Assembly: GCA_951406725.2 (NCBI GenBank)
Contig: OX597815.1
Location: 48,546,001 to 48,610,000 of the forward strand
Length of the DNA: 64,000 bases
DNA from: Octopus vulgaris
Taxonomy: Eukaryota
Reading direction: 5' to 3'
The notes under the pieces are model-generated. The model was not told the origin of the DNA. It was given only the letters and a program-made list of their open reading frames with translations, and searched no databases. Made by a program: the position numbers and the translations under genes. Shown here in pieces: positions 13,716-27,689 of this stretch (position 1 is the stretch's first letter; each line of letters opens with the position of its first letter).

Positions 13716-14806
13716 GAATATATATTTACATGTGTATATATACATATACATTCATACATATAAATAAAAGGATATATTCATTTATGATTATATATATATA
13801 TATATGGGAAATAAACAAATAAATATATAATTTGTGATAAAATATAAGCAACGTAACACAAACAACATGTGAACAAACATAAAACAAATTATAAATGAAA
13901 AGACTATATTAAAAAAACACCAAAGCCAAAGTAAAGAAATAAGTAAATACTGTTACAAAATACGAAATAGGAAAAGTATGATGTATTTATATAAAATCCT
14001 TAGGAATGTGTATCTGCATGTATTTATGTGGGAGATTTTTGCTTATATTAGTTTTTATATCTTTCATGTGTTTCTTATTTTGTTGGTTATTTTTTGTTTT
14101 TATTATGTATTTTTTTTACTGCTGTACATAATAAAAAATGTCACACATTTTCCATGTTGTAACAAATGCGTGTGTGTTTGTATGTATGTATGTATGTGTA
14201 CGCTTATATAAACTTCTGATATACTTTCATATATGCACATCTAGCTATCCATACATGCATATGTGTGTATATAAATGCACACACATGCATACACACACAC
14301 ATACACACACATACACAAGCACACATAACCCAACCATGCATATATGTACACACACACATATATATATATGTACATATATATATATATGTGTATATATATA
14401 TATATATATGCATACACATGCATACAGACACATACATATGCATGCATTTATAGATGGTTATTGGATAAGCCAGCAAAAACCTGAGTTTAGAGGGTTACAA
14501 TTAGGGTTGACCTCTGTTGCTGTCTTCTAATAATAGTGTTACAAGGGCATATATTCTAGGTGTGCTGGGAGAGCTCTATAATCTCAGTAAAGGTGGTAAA
14601 TTCATCATAAATGTTAAACATGGATCATAAACAAAACTAATTTTTCTGTCTCCTTTTATGAAAGATTGCCGCAGTTGTTCAGACATAAAAATACCCCTAG
14701 TTGTAGTATGATATATACTGAGTGTCTGGTGAAATGATGTGAGAGTGACAAAAATATGGACCATAGGGAGGAGCTACATCTCATCTACAAACATTTTATT
14801 CATTAA

Positions 14807-15026
14807 CCCTTTCGTTACTGTATTTATTTTGAGATGTCTGTGTTTCTTCCAATTATTTTAAATATAACAAAGAATTTAGTAAAATAACATCATTATCATT
14901 GAGCTAGTGTGAGGAACATAAATTGTGATTAAGATTTGGTGGAAGATTTGAATTCAAAACTTATGGAAACAAGACATTTAAACTAAAGAGCCAGAGCCGG
15001 TTTCAGCTGGGTTGGTAACAAAAGGG
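14807..15026. mobile_element. piggyBac-like MITE
   Basis: TTAA-CCCTTTCGTTAC ... GTAACAAAAGGG-TTAA: TTAA target duplication and ~12-bp TIR. Confidence 0.8.
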
Positions 15027-15729
15027 TTAATATGCTTTTAATTTTTTTACTTTTAGAAATATATCCTTTCTGTCAACTACTCTACACTTCTCATTAACTG
15101 CTCTTTTAATTCACCGACTATTCATATTCTTTCACTCCCTTCCTGTCGCTGCTTCTTTCTAAATTCAGCTTCTCCCTTACATGAACATTACTGTTATTCG
15201 TTTTTACACTCCTCTTTAATAAACACTGTTTTTTCATGGTGATTCAATTTTTAAAAATATTCAGTCTTTAAAAGTTTATTAACTGAAACTGAATTTCTTT
15301 ATATTATTACTGTTCTTTCAGTATCATAAAATAGACTCATCATAATTTGTTTTCATATTAAATAATATGTACTCAAAGCAAAGATTAAGTTAGGTTGAAA
15401 TAGTTTAAATTTTGTATATTATTTTTGACATACAAATATTGTATGTTATTTTTTACTAATAAGTTCAGCTTGGTAACTCTTTTACTTGTTTCAGTCATTT
15501 CACTGTGGCCATGCTGGAGCATTTAGTCGAGCCTTTAGTCAAGCAAATCGACCCCAGGACTTATTCTTGTATATCATTACAATAACTACCATACACAATA
15601 TAACTTGTGTTGCTTTAAAATCTTTCATTAATGTTTTAGTAATTAGACAGTTTGGTGATATATATTTTACATCATGTGTTGAAGGGAAGAAACCTTCTTT
15701 CTGATCCTTTAAGGAACTACCAGGCGAAT

Positions 15730-17250
15730 TAGAGACAGTGTTTCAGTGGTGAGAGTTGGTGAAGATTGAGGACAAACTAAATATATTTACTCTGAAAATA
15801 CAAATTTCGTGTCATCATTTGTTCATGCAAAGAAGTGTATGAGGGCTGAAAAATATACAAATCTTCAGAAAGTAATAATGAAGTAGTCTATCTATCAAAA
15901 ATCCTGAGGTGACAACGTCCATAGTGAAAAAAGTTAAAGTACAGCTGTCAGGCTTGATAGGTTTATGGATAACAAAAATTCTGAAGCTAATGACAGGTAG
16001 GTAATGGTGAATTAGAAGTCACTATGGAATGGATAATAAAATTATCCATGAAGTAGGCAGTGTACCAACGGAAGAAACTGAATCACACAAGAAGAGAAGT
16101 TAAATGACCTAATTAAGTGTCAAGGACTGTTGGTTCCCCAAGTGCAGGTGAAAGTGGATTATATTTGGTGCTCACTACTCCAGAATACTCAAACTTTTAA
16201 CCACAAAGATTCTACAGATGGTTTAAATTAAGGTATGTTTCCTGGCTTTGTATTGCACAATTGCCAGGCAGTATGCAGCATTCAGTGTTAATAGTGTTAA
16301 AAGCGATTGGCATGGCCAGATGTTCTACAAGCTATAATGTACTAATTAGTAACACATTTTTACCATGCCAAGAAATTGTGGTCCTACATGCATATCTTTA
16401 TCTTTAATGAATGCATTTTCTTGCAATTCTTAAGTAATAGAGGAATTATCCTAAAACATTCTTTTATGGCAATGTACCTATTCATCAGGAGTTCACTATC
16501 TTGTCAGTAATGATAGTAAAATATGGTGCATGTTCTTTCTGCACAGTGTTGCTTCCACAATCCAGCTGATAGTTAAATGTATACTTGACAGCCTGTAAAT
16601 AATTGTATCAACATAAATATTTGGACAATGTTCTTGGGGATGAAAAAAAGGATAACCTTAGTGAAGACACTTAAGACAAGCTTTCAGTAACATATAAAAT
16701 ACAAACTCAAACCTGTAATATATAATTTAGAAACTTTACGAAAGGTACTACAAAGTACCACTTGGCTAATGTTAGGAAACAAAAATAGCATAACATGAAG
16801 ATAGAATTCACATTTGAAGGATTCAAAACAAGAGATTTTATCATATATAACAGGGTGCAGGAGAAACAGATGTTATATAAGACTACATCAGAACCTGACT
16901 AGAAAATACTGTGAATGATGCTGGATACCAAATGTTAACAGAAGAAATAAGCTGATGACATTCTCACTGGTGACAGCAGAGATCATCATGATGAAGACAA
17001 TGAATCAATGATTGAGAAATCCACATTTGTTATTTGAGAGCCCCTTAATAATGCCATTTAACCAGAAGCAGCATTAGCAAGATAAAGAACTGAAACAAGG
17101 CTCATTTTTCAAGCCAATTCTTTCCAGCTCTTTCAAGGCTATTAAACCTGTAGATGATATGTCAACTGTTGATTCAGACCATCATGGGTTACTCCAGATT
17201 TCTACAAGTGGAAGGCAAGAAATCAAACTGCATCATAGATTTACAATAAT
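15730..17250 (+). pseudogene. Highly decayed Tigger/pogo (jerky-like) transposase remnant
   Basis: Fragmentary motifs only: KIEDKLNIF near the start, LQMV/FKLRY-like HTH end, MFFLHSVAS..IQL (compare FFPPNVTS.IQP), DAGYQMLTEE near the end; many stops. Confidence 0.4.
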
Positions 17251-17492
17251 TTATAACGACCACTTGTCACCTGTAGCTCTACACACACTTCTATCACATC
17301 AAGCTACAGGTAAATGTAATGAACAACTTACAGTGTTAATTTCTTAATTTTTCATATGGTAATATTAAATAATTTTATGAAATATATTCTTTTATTCTTT
17401 TACTTGTTTCAGTCATTTGACTGCAGCCATACTGGAGCACATATTTTAAATACATATATGAGTTACAGTTATTTCTGTAATTTTGTTAGTCT

Positions 17493-17885
17493 TGGCTGTG
17501 TGGTAAGTAGCTTGCTTACCAACCACATGGTTCCAGGTTCGGTCCCACTGCATGGCACCTTGGGCAAGTGTCTTCTACTATAGCCTTGGGCTGACAAAAG
17601 CCTTGTGAGTGGATTTGGTAGATGGAAACTGAAAGAAGCCTGTCGTATATATGTATATATATGAATATGTGTGTGTATATGTTTATGTGTCTGTGTTTAT
17701 CCCCTCAACATCGCTTGACAACTGATGGTGTGTTTGCGTCCCCATAACTTAGTGGTTCGGCAACAGAGACCGATAGAATAAGTACTAAGGTTACAAAGAA
17801 TAAGTTCTGGGGTCAATTTGCTTGACTAAAGGCGGTGCCCCAGCATGGCTGCAGTCAAATGACTGAAACAAGTAAAAGTGAGTAT
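17493..17885 (+). mobile_element. SINE family A
   Basis: Matches 1491-1914 along its length. Confidence 0.85.
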
Positions 17886-17939
17886 CATGTTCAGTGTACA
17901 GTATGTATGTTTTCTGTATCATATATGTATACAATATTG

Positions 17940-18357
17940 GTTTCGAATTTTGGCACAAGGCCAGCAATTTCGAGGTTGGGTTAAGCTGATTACATTGACC
18001 CCAGTGCTCAACTGGTACTTATTTTATTGACCCTGAAAGAATGAAAAGCAAAGTCAACCTTGGTAGAATTTGAACTCAGAATCTAAAGACAGACAAGATG
18101 TTATTATTAACTCTCACCAATATTATAATATTAACTCCTACCAACAATTGATACAGCCAATTGTCCACAACAGACAGCCTTACACTAGTAGTACTGATTA
18201 AGGCAGCGAGCTGGCAGAAATGTTAGCACGGTCCTTTTGGGGTCTATAAATTAAGTACCAGTTACACACTGGGGTCGATGTAATAGACTTAATCCTTTTG
18301 TCTGTCCTTGTTTGTCCCCTCTATGTTTAGCCCCCTGTGGGTAATAAAGAAATAAGT
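17940..18357. mobile_element. Two SINE family B fragments (- then +)
   Basis: GGCAGCGAGCTGGCAGAAA head; ATAAATTAAGTACCAG...GGGGTCGAT central domain. Confidence 0.75.
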
Positions 18358-19516
18358 ACTGATCAAGAATGTTTAGTTGCATAAATACATATATTAGTGT
18401 ATGTGTGTGTGTGTTTGTGCACATACATGTGCATGTACACACACACACACACACACAAATACAAACACACACTTTTATGTTCACTCTCTCTGTTGGCATG
18501 GGTTGTATTAGCCAAAATGGTTTGAGGTGCTTATTTAGAGCTAACACCCTCAAAATATGTCAGGGATTAAGTCTCGCATGCATGCTCCATTTTAGTGTGT
18601 TACTGTATTTTATCATGGCACCAGCCCTAAGAAATTTGTCCAGTAAAGTAAAGTAAGCAAAGTACCCTATCTGCTTCTATTCCATTCATTCACCAATCAC
18701 TTAATAGAGTATATTTGGTGAATTTCATCATGAAATCAGCCCTATTAAAACTGATTTGTTTCTTCAAAAATTGAAAAGTCCTCTCTATATACCTTATCAC
18801 CATTTGTTTATGACCATGTAACTAAGAGTGTGAACAAAAAAGTAAGTGGTGATAAAAGAAGAACCAGGATGAAGTGGGAACAGAAGAGAGAAGCAGAATC
18901 AGGAGGGATTATGAGTGATAAAGTATAGTGTAATGAAGAAGTGACAATGAAGATGGTGACAAATTTACTTGAAAGGTGATGAAGAGAAAACAACATGAGC
19001 AAAATCTTAAGGGAAAATAGTAAGGTGATAGAAACAGAGTAATGAGAAAAGGAGTAGTAAAAGTGGGAAAGACTGATATGAGTGAGAGAGAGAGAAAGAG
19101 AGAAAGAGAGAGAGAAAGAGAGAAAGAGCGAAAGAGAGAAAGAGAGAGAGAGAAAGAGAGAAAGAGAGAGATGCATGTCAACAATTATTGAGAGAGAAAG
19201 GAGTAATGTAAGAAAGAAAATCTGGTTGATAGATACCAACAAAGATAGAATATGGTATGAGAAAGAGTGAAAAATGAGTAGCATTAGTGATGATAGCTAA
19301 TGGTAAGATAGATAAATAGATATACAGAGAGATGAATAGAGAGAGAAGTAGAGAGGGAGTAATAGATAGTACTAGAGATGGGTTATGATTAAGAGAGAGA
19401 TTGGTATCAATAATGAGTGACTTAGCGGTGAGAGTGAAAGCTCACTGTGCAGAAAGGCAATGGTATGGGTTCATAAATATGAGCAAATCTGAAATGTTAT
19501 TTCTTATTACACAGGT

Positions 19517-19930
19517 AGGCGTAGGAGTGGCTGTGTGGTAAGTAGCTTGCTTATGAACCACATGGTTCCAGGTTCAGTCCCATTGTGTGGCCCTTTGGGC
19601 AAGTGTCTTCTACTATAGCCTCAGACCGACCAAATCCTTGTGAGTGGATTTGGTAGACGGAAACTGAAAGAAGCCCGTCGTATACATGTATATATATATA
19701 TGTATGCATGTGTGTATATGTTTGTGTGTCTGTGTTTGTTCCCCCAACATCGTTTGACTACTGATGCTGGTGTGGTTACATCCCCGTATCTTAGTGGTTC
19801 GGCAAAAGAGACCCATAGAATAAGTACTAGGCTTACAAAGAATAAGTCCTGGGGTTGATTTGCTCGACTAAAGGCAGTGCTCCAGCATGGCCACAGTCAA
19901 ATGACTGAAACAAGTAAAAGAGTAAAAGAG
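19517..19930 (+). mobile_element. SINE family A, full length
   Basis: Matches 1491-1914. Confidence 0.85.
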
Positions 19931-20380
19931 GTGTTGTATGGTGAATAAGAGAAAGAGGGAGTGATAAATGAGAGAGTAATGGAGGAGAGGGTGGCGTAAC
20001 TGGAGACTTAATAGTCATGTAAAGGGTGAAAGGCTCATCATTTATCTTTTATTTGTTTCTGTCATTCAACTACAGCCTACTGGGGTATCACCTTGAAAGG
20101 ATTAAGTGAACAAATCACTCCCAGTATTTAATTTTAAATTCTATCAGTCTCTTTCACCAAACCACTAAGTTATGGGAACATAAATGAAACAACACTGGAT
20201 GTTAAGCAATGGGGATAGGATGGAAGCACAAAGACAATGACACAAACTCTCTCCTTTAGATATATACAACTCCCAGCTTCTTCCTCTTTTCTTAACCCCC
20301 CCCCCCCCCCCATAGAACTGCATTCCTACCTAGTCCCTATCTTTTTACTCATCTCACCTTTCTACCACCCTTCTTGTTTT

Positions 20381-20417
20381 TCTTTCTGATGAAGAACTTT
20401 GTTCAAAACATCAAAGA
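20381..20417 (+). ncRNA. Decayed minimal type I hammerhead ribozyme motif
   Basis: tcttt CTGATGA a gaac ttt gttc aAAA ca TC aaaga; stems I and II pair; GAAACGTC is restored by reversing two CpG->CpA changes. Confidence 0.55.
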
Positions 20418-20712
20418 CCTTTTTGTTTTCCTTTTTTTTTTCAAGTGTGAAACTAGTTTCACCTTTATGAAAATCTGACCCTTTTTGTCATGTTTTTTTT
20501 TGGTTTTTGTTCTTTCATCATAGATATACACATACACGTATGACAGGCTTTTATACAAATTTTATCTATAAAATCCACTTTTAAGACATTGGTCAGCCTA
20601 TGGCTGTTCATTTGTGAACCATTGTCATTACAAACTAACATTAAACATCTTGTTGAGTATGTTCACTTCATTCAGGTCACTGCTTGGAATTGAACTCGAA
20701 ATTTCCCCAAGA

Positions 20713-20754
20713 CACCTGATGAGGACTGGAGGGTATATCAGCCAAAATGTTGTG
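20713..20754 (+). ncRNA. Decayed minimal type I hammerhead ribozyme motif
   Basis: cac CTGATGA ggactg gagggtatat cagcc aAAA tg TT gtg; core restored by CpG reversion (GAAACGTT). Confidence 0.5.
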
Positions 20755-20859
20755 CTAACAACAAACAAGACGAGAATAAATATTTGTCAAATGTAATTAA
20801 TGTAAATCATGTACATAATTCCTTATCACTTAAATATAGAACTGAAAGACAAATTAGTT

Positions 20860-21360
20860 GGTCCATTTTGGAGGGCTTTCAAGGCAGAGAATTATCATCG
20901 ATAACTTCCACAAATCTGAGACTAGTAATACTACCAAGGAGTGCTGCAAGTTTGAGATGACTTCTACAGTTATGGAAGTAATGCCAGGCAGTACAGCCCA
21001 AGATACATGCAGAACAACAAAACCATAATGCAATTTCTAAGCATTGCTGACTTGAAAAGTTATGCTAGGCAGCTGTTGTCATGTGTAGGACAAGTCTGAA
21101 TATTGGCTGAGTATATCATGAGGATTGTCCTACCACTCACCTTCAACAAGGCTGGGCAAGCAGTGATCATCTGCCTAGTTATTGGCTATGGTGAAGAAGG
21201 TTATGTGGTTGATGCGACACAAGGGATGGAAGAAAGACATCTTCCTCTTTGGTCAAACCTGCATTGACTTTTAAAAGTTTCCCTCAGAAAGGAAACTGAG
21301 GAATTAGTTGGAAATACTCTCTCTCCCCGTGAAATTGGTGACTGGCAAAACTGGTTAGAG
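20860..21360 (+). mobile_element. Decayed L1/Tx1-like LINE 3' fragment
   Basis: Fragmentary translation QLLSCVGQV.ILAEYIMRIVLP...AMVKKVMWLMRHKGWKKDIFLFGQTCIDF; homologous to 35630-36030 (-). Confidence 0.45.
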
Positions 21361-21624
21361 TGAATGGAATTATACTCTAAAGAAGTATTATAATCATGAA
21401 TGCAACACCCTAACCACAAGGCCACACACTTCACAAAGCCTGTACACATGTACAGGTGCATGGTGTGTCACATTTCAGATGCTAAATTGATCACAGAGCC
21501 AGGTGATATAAAGTGTTTTGCTAAAGAATACCTCACACTGCCTAATCCTGGAATTGAAACTGCTATCTTGCAATCATGTACTCAACACCCACACGTGCCT
21601 ACAGTAGAAAGAATTGTTATTTTA

Positions 21625-21848
21625 AGGCAGTGGATTGGTAGACTCATTAGTATACTGGACAAAATGCTTATCAGTATTTTCTTCTAGTTCTATACATTCT
21701 AAGTTCATATTTCACCGAGGCTGACTTTGCCATTCATCCTTTCAGGGCCGATAAAATTAGTACCAGTCAAGCACTGGAGTCAATGTAATTGACAAGCCTG
21801 CTCCACAATATTGCAGGCCTTGTGCCTATAAGAGAAAGGATTACTACA

Positions 21849-21884
<36 letters not shown>

Positions 21885-21885
21885 G
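21625..21885 (+). mobile_element. SINE family B with (ATT)n tail
   Basis: Ends GGCCTTGTGCCTATAAGAGAAAGGATTA...(ATT)n. Confidence 0.75.
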
Positions 21886-23539
21886 ATGGGTTACTGGGCT
21901 AAATTAATTTTAAATCATTTGTTCCACTGAGTTCTAAGTTCAAATCCTGTTGTGTCAACTTTGCCTTTCATTCTTCTAGGGCTGATAAAACAAGTATTAA
22001 AGCAAGTACTGGGGTTGATTAAATCCACTTCTTCCTTCTCCCTTCCCCACCCCCACAAAATGTGTGGCTTTCTGCCAAAATTATAAATCGATATTATTAT
22101 TACTCGGCCGACTATTGCTGCTACTGTTGCTGCTGCTGCTGCTGTTGTTTTATTGTTGTTTTGTTTTTGCATATTATATAATAAAGGGTTGAATTCATTC
22201 CTATGTTGGCTAGAAGTCAAAAACTAGCAGCAAAATGAAATATAATGGAAACAAGCCCAGCTACAAGACAAGCTGACATGAGATCAAGTATTATTAAACA
22301 ACTTCATGACTCTAGGGAGAGGACAGAAACAAAAAGAGAAAAAGATAATAACAAAAACATAACGAAAAGGAAACAAATTTCACATCTTTCAACATTTACG
22401 AGTGTCATGCATTTTGTCAATTAAGCCCATCGAAAATATGACCCCTAAATACTTCTCTCTTTCTCTCACTCACTCACACTTCTCTTCTTCCTTTCCCATT
22501 CTCTCACACTACCATGTACAATAGCAAATGTTATAGTAATTTAAACCCTTTCCATTGTGATTAGATCGGAATGGAAGAAAATAAATAAGATAAGATAAAG
22601 TAACCGCGGAAGATAACAAACTGAAAATCAATTTGGACTGCAAATGCGTTACGTGGCTTCATTTATTGCCGCCAATACAGCTGATGGATTTTCTCTCTTA
22701 AATGCAACCAGCGTGCTGACCAAAAGAAATAAAACCACCTTAACTGCTGGCTTAGCTTGCTGATTATATTGCCTCATAATGGTCACTTTCAATCCCTAAT
22801 AGTAACTAATATGGTGCTAATTTCTCCGTCTAACACTTTAAACAACGTTAGGTTTTTCTTTCCTTCTAATTGACTATTGCTTTACACCATCATTTTGTGC
22901 TGAAGCAGCTTGAACACCTGGGTACATCATCATCAAAATTCCATTTTGATATATCGTCAGGTGTGAATATTCCCAAGACGCCACTGACAATAAAGGGGAA
23001 AAGACAGAATTAGAGCAATTTTAACAGCAGACAGGTGTTAAGAGTCATCGATGTTTCAGGCTAAGCAGACCATGCCACAAGTGAGATTGCAACTAGATGA
23101 TGGCTGTCAGCCAAACATACATAACAGTTGTTGTGGTGGCAGGTATGTTGCCACCACTGCATGACACAAGAGCAGAATAAAAGGAAATAAAGTCTTTGTG
23201 TTTGCTGTTTCTGTTCTCCATGTAAGTAAATTACTACATTGATGGATGAATTACAACATTGCGTCTGCCATGCAAAGAAAAGCAAGAATTAGTAGAGTGC
23301 AAATATAATAACAGTTATTGTTTCTTCGTGTATTTCAAACCTGTAATCATCATAGTGGTTAGAAATCTGAGTAGATATCATGGTAGAAATCTATAGTTAC
23401 AATGCTAACGATATATCTAATTCAACTACTTGTTAATGGTAATTAAAAACCATAACAAGGCAGTAGAAAAATTGACGACTTCATATAACAAATAATTATG
23501 TTGCTGGCTTATAAAATAATTAAAGAACGATTAGACTGT

Positions 23540-24070
23540 ATTACCAAAAATATAGACAACATTATCAAAAATACAATCAGTTCATTATCAAAAGTGTTGA
23601 CAACATTATGAGAAAAATAGAAAGCAATTTAACAAAAATGTTGGTTGTACAATATCCCATGCTAAGAGAGTGCATTATCAAAATTAAAGGCAGTAGAAAT
23701 GGAGAAAGTACATTATCAAAAATAAAACTGCATTATGAAAAAATTGGAAAGTACATTATCAAAAATGTAGACAGTATTATTATAAATAAAGAAAGAACAT
23801 TAACAAGAATGTAGACAACACATTATCTAAAGTACGGAATATTATCAAAAATAAAGACAGCATATTATCAAAAGTATTGGCAACCTTATCAAAAATAAAA
23901 CCTGCACATTATCAAAAATAAAGAGAGCATGTTAAGAAAAATAAACAGAGCATTATCAGAAATAAACATATATTATTAAATGTAAAGACTACTTTATCAA
24001 AATAAAGATAACACATTAACGAAAATAAAGGCAACCTTATTTAAAATAAAAAGGATCTTATCAAAAAATA
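23540..24070. repeat. Degenerate ~21-23-bp minisatellite (CATTATCAAAAATAAAGACAG-like)
   Basis: Core ATTATCAAAA recurs at about 21-23-bp spacing. Confidence 0.8.
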
Positions 24071-24216
24071 AATGGATTAAGTAAACGCTGCAAAGCATTT
24101 TCCTTTTTTACTCATGTGTTATACTGGAACTCTTCATGGGTGAGGGAACTGACAACTTTTGTTAAATTTTCTAAATGTATGTAGGAAGTGTGTAAGTCTA
24201 AGAAGTTTGGGGTGAG

Positions 24217-24239
<23 letters not shown>

Positions 24240-24250
<11 letters not shown>

Positions 24251-24580
24251 ACTTATTTCAGTCATTTGACTGCAGCCATGCTGTGGCACCGCCTTTAGTC
24301 GAGCAAATCGACCCCGGGACTTATTCTTTATAAGCCCAGTACTTATTCTATCAATCTCTTTTGCCGAACCGCTAAGTGACGGGGATGTAAACACACCAGC
24401 ATCGATTGTCAAGCAATGCTAGGGGGACAAACACACATACATATATATATATATACATATATGCGACAGGCTTTCAGTTTCCGTTTACCAAATCCACTTA
24501 CAAGGCATTGGTCGGCCTGGGGCTATAGCAGAAGACACTTGCCCAAGATGCCACGCAGTGGGACTGAACCCGGAACCATG
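24240..24580 (-). mobile_element. SINE family A (5'-truncated, CpG-rich, probably young)
   Basis: Reverse complement of family A. Confidence 0.85.
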
Positions 24581-24769
24581 CTGTAATAATTATGTAATAA
24601 TTGTAGAAATGTTATGGAATCATTCATTTCACCTCATCAATGTTCTGCAATAAATACAATAACAGATGTTGAAAATTTCCATATATGTACACTTTTCCGT
24701 TAAGCAAATTATCAACAACTTCTCATGCTGCACAATATAGCAGAGAACAGAAAAAAACATATTATGGAT

Positions 24770-24945
24770 ATATGAGGCCATGCTTCTCTCAATCTGAAGT
24801 AGGTGCAACCAGAAAGAAAGATTACTTATTGTTATTGATCTTTTTTTCTCTATTTTTTCTGGTTGCAAGGGATTGACTTGTCTTCCCCAATGTAAAGTGC
24901 ACTGCAAAGTTTGCAGATGATGTGCACATCTTCCATTAATATATG
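24770..24945 (-). pseudogene. Possible Penelope-like GIY-YIG endonuclease fragment
   Basis: VHIICKLCSALYIGE then (frameshift) TSQSLATRK, resembling the YxIxCxxCxxxYIGETxxxLxxR motif. Confidence 0.45.
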
Positions 24946-26106
24946 CTGCATTATCTGTAAATGCGGTGAGCATTATCTGTTTAGGTGTGGTGAGCTGGCA
25001 GAGTTGTTAGCAACTGGGCAAAAAGCTTAGTGGCATTTTGGCTGTCTTCATATTCTGTGTTCAAGTGCTTTTGAGGCCAACTTTGCAGTGGTACATTAGG
25101 GTTGAGTTAATCAACTTACCCCTCACCCAAAATTTCTGGCCCTGTGCCTATAGCAGAAAGGATTATCTGTAGATACTCTTTCTGCAGTAAGCTGAAATCT
25201 AAGAAATCTTAAACGTATACCAAAAAGAAATTAAGAGACATCATTGCAAGGTATATGGCACAAAGCATAAAAAACTGCAGTTTTCAGTGATATAACCGTG
25301 TTAGCAAGAAAATAATAATTTCTTACAATAGAACAGGACCACAGAATCAGAATCATTTTAGAGGGCAACATATACTCAGTACTAGTAATATACTGACAGT
25401 ATATTAATGGAGTGATAAACATCAAAGTTAAATGCAAGGGATTTGAACTGAGAAGGTAAAAGTTTGCAACTGAATATTGCAAGATACTCTAATACAACAC
25501 TTGAGTGATTCCACCATTTACTGCCTCTACTAGTAATAAAATAATGATATCAAACTAGGATGGTAACAATCATAAAATCAGCATGTCAACTAATTTACTA
25601 ATTTACATATTTTCCTGTTAGCCTGTCAGAAAAGTACAACACTACTTATTTAGAGCTTTGTACAAGTATTAAACTCAAACCATGTTGTGTTTATGTACCA
25701 TGGCATTAATTATAACTTCAATGTTATTAACTTAATCAAACATCTTCATTTTTAGTGACGAGAATTATTATGGAGAAATGTGAAAGCAAAAATTACTAGT
25801 TGATGTCAATATATAACATTTAACTAATCCTCAAATCACAGAAATAGATGGTTGGCAAGTAATTAATGCATTCATAAAACCCATTTAGAATATGTTTGAT
25901 GATTATGTGGAAATAAATGTTATGTATTATATTACAATCTTCTTCCTATGACATTATGCTTTATATGCTACACACTCATATACACATATATCTATAAATG
26001 ATATTAAGATATAGCATTTATTAAAAACAATATTGTATGTATATTTAGCACTCTACGATGTCAAGCAGCTGTATCTTTAGTACTGAATTGCATTAAAAAC
26101 TATTTG

Positions 26107-26212
<106 letters not shown>

Positions 26213-26364
26213 GGAGGAGGAGGAGGAGGAGAAGGAGGATGTACTCATGTATTAAACTGGGTCTGTTTGACTGAAGATTAAAATAGAATTTTGTTATATT
26301 TTAAGCTAACATTTGATAATTTTGTGCTAGCTGTTCAAATTTTGTCACAAAGCCAGCAATTTCA

Positions 26365-26680
26365 GGTCTGGTTGTGTGGTTAGAAGTTTGCTTCCCAACC
26401 ACATGGTTCCAGATTCAGTCTCACAATATGGCACCTTGAGGAAAAATCTGCTTTGCCTTGGGTTAACCAAAGTTTTCTGAGTGGATTTGAAAGAAGCTTG
26501 TTGTAAATATGTGTGTGTGTGTGTGTGTCTGTGTCTTACTTCCACCACTACTTGACAACTGGTGTTTGCATCCCTGTGACAGCAGTTCAGCAAAAGATGC
26601 AGATAGAATAAGTAGCAGGCTTAAAATGGGTAAATTTCTTCACTAAAATTCTTCATGGAAGTGCTCAAACATAGCTGTAA
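26365..26680 (+). mobile_element. Diverged SINE family A
   Basis: Partial match to family A. Confidence 0.7.
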
Positions 26681-27689
26681 AATAAATTATAAGAGAATTT
26701 AAAGGATGATTTAATCACCAGCTACATTAATTCAGAAATCCAGAAATATCTTTGGATGCGAGTTTATTAAAATACACTTGATATCTGAAAAGTAAAAGTT
26801 TTAAGGACTACAAAACTGTCTGAAATATATTATAATATACTAAAATACATAGAAAGTAATGATGGTTGTGATTTTTATCTTCCAGAAAAAATTGATACGC
26901 TGTCTTATAAAGCATTCAGAGTTATTATATTTTGTCATCACAAATAAGAATATTTGCTTAAAAATTTTGTACCACCTAAAGGCTAATAATCCAGCCATCA
27001 CAGAGAATGATTATCCATATTCGAAAAAGCCAAAGAAGTTTCTTCAGTTAACATAAGGAAACGGAATGGTATTTTGTTAACATACATGAAAATGATAAAG
27101 TGATATAACATTCCGATTTCTTCAAAAGGTTTTTATTCTTAACATATCTATTTAACTATTTTTTAAGCTCAGACTGTATATGAATTTTAACTTGTCTCAT
27201 TTACTAACTTTATTTTATAAAAAAAATCAATAAAATATGAAAAACACAGCCAACATGTATGTAATTCCATCTTTAAAAAAATGTATAATCCACTCTTCAA
27301 ACTTGTATTGATCTGTCCTTTACATCTCTGAGTTTCTTTTTTTTTATATATGTGTATCTTCTTCAATCATACATGCATACATAGATGATTACATACACAG
27401 ACCTGTGTTCATGCACAAATATAAAGAAAAAAGGAAAGCACATTTTATATGGTTTATATTAATTGTATTTAACAGTTCACCACAGATTTACTTTATTTAG
27501 TTTTTCATAAGAGTGAAAAAAAACATTCCTGATGTTTGGACATATTTCATACTTGTGTGTAAGTTATACTGCATTCATACATTTACACATACCTGCATAC
27601 ATATATGTCTAATGCATATTATATACCTGCATGTATATATATATATATATCATCAGTAAATCATAAATCGAAAAAGAAACACAAGTTTT

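Noticed and set aside
23540-24070. Spaced repeats superficially like a CRISPR array
   Set aside because: Degenerate tandem units without unique spacers, eukaryotic context and no cas genes.
24633-24644. Possible 12-nt minus-strand microexon (ttgcAG AACATTGATGAG GTgaaa)
   Set aside because: Weak donor; such short matches are expected by chance.
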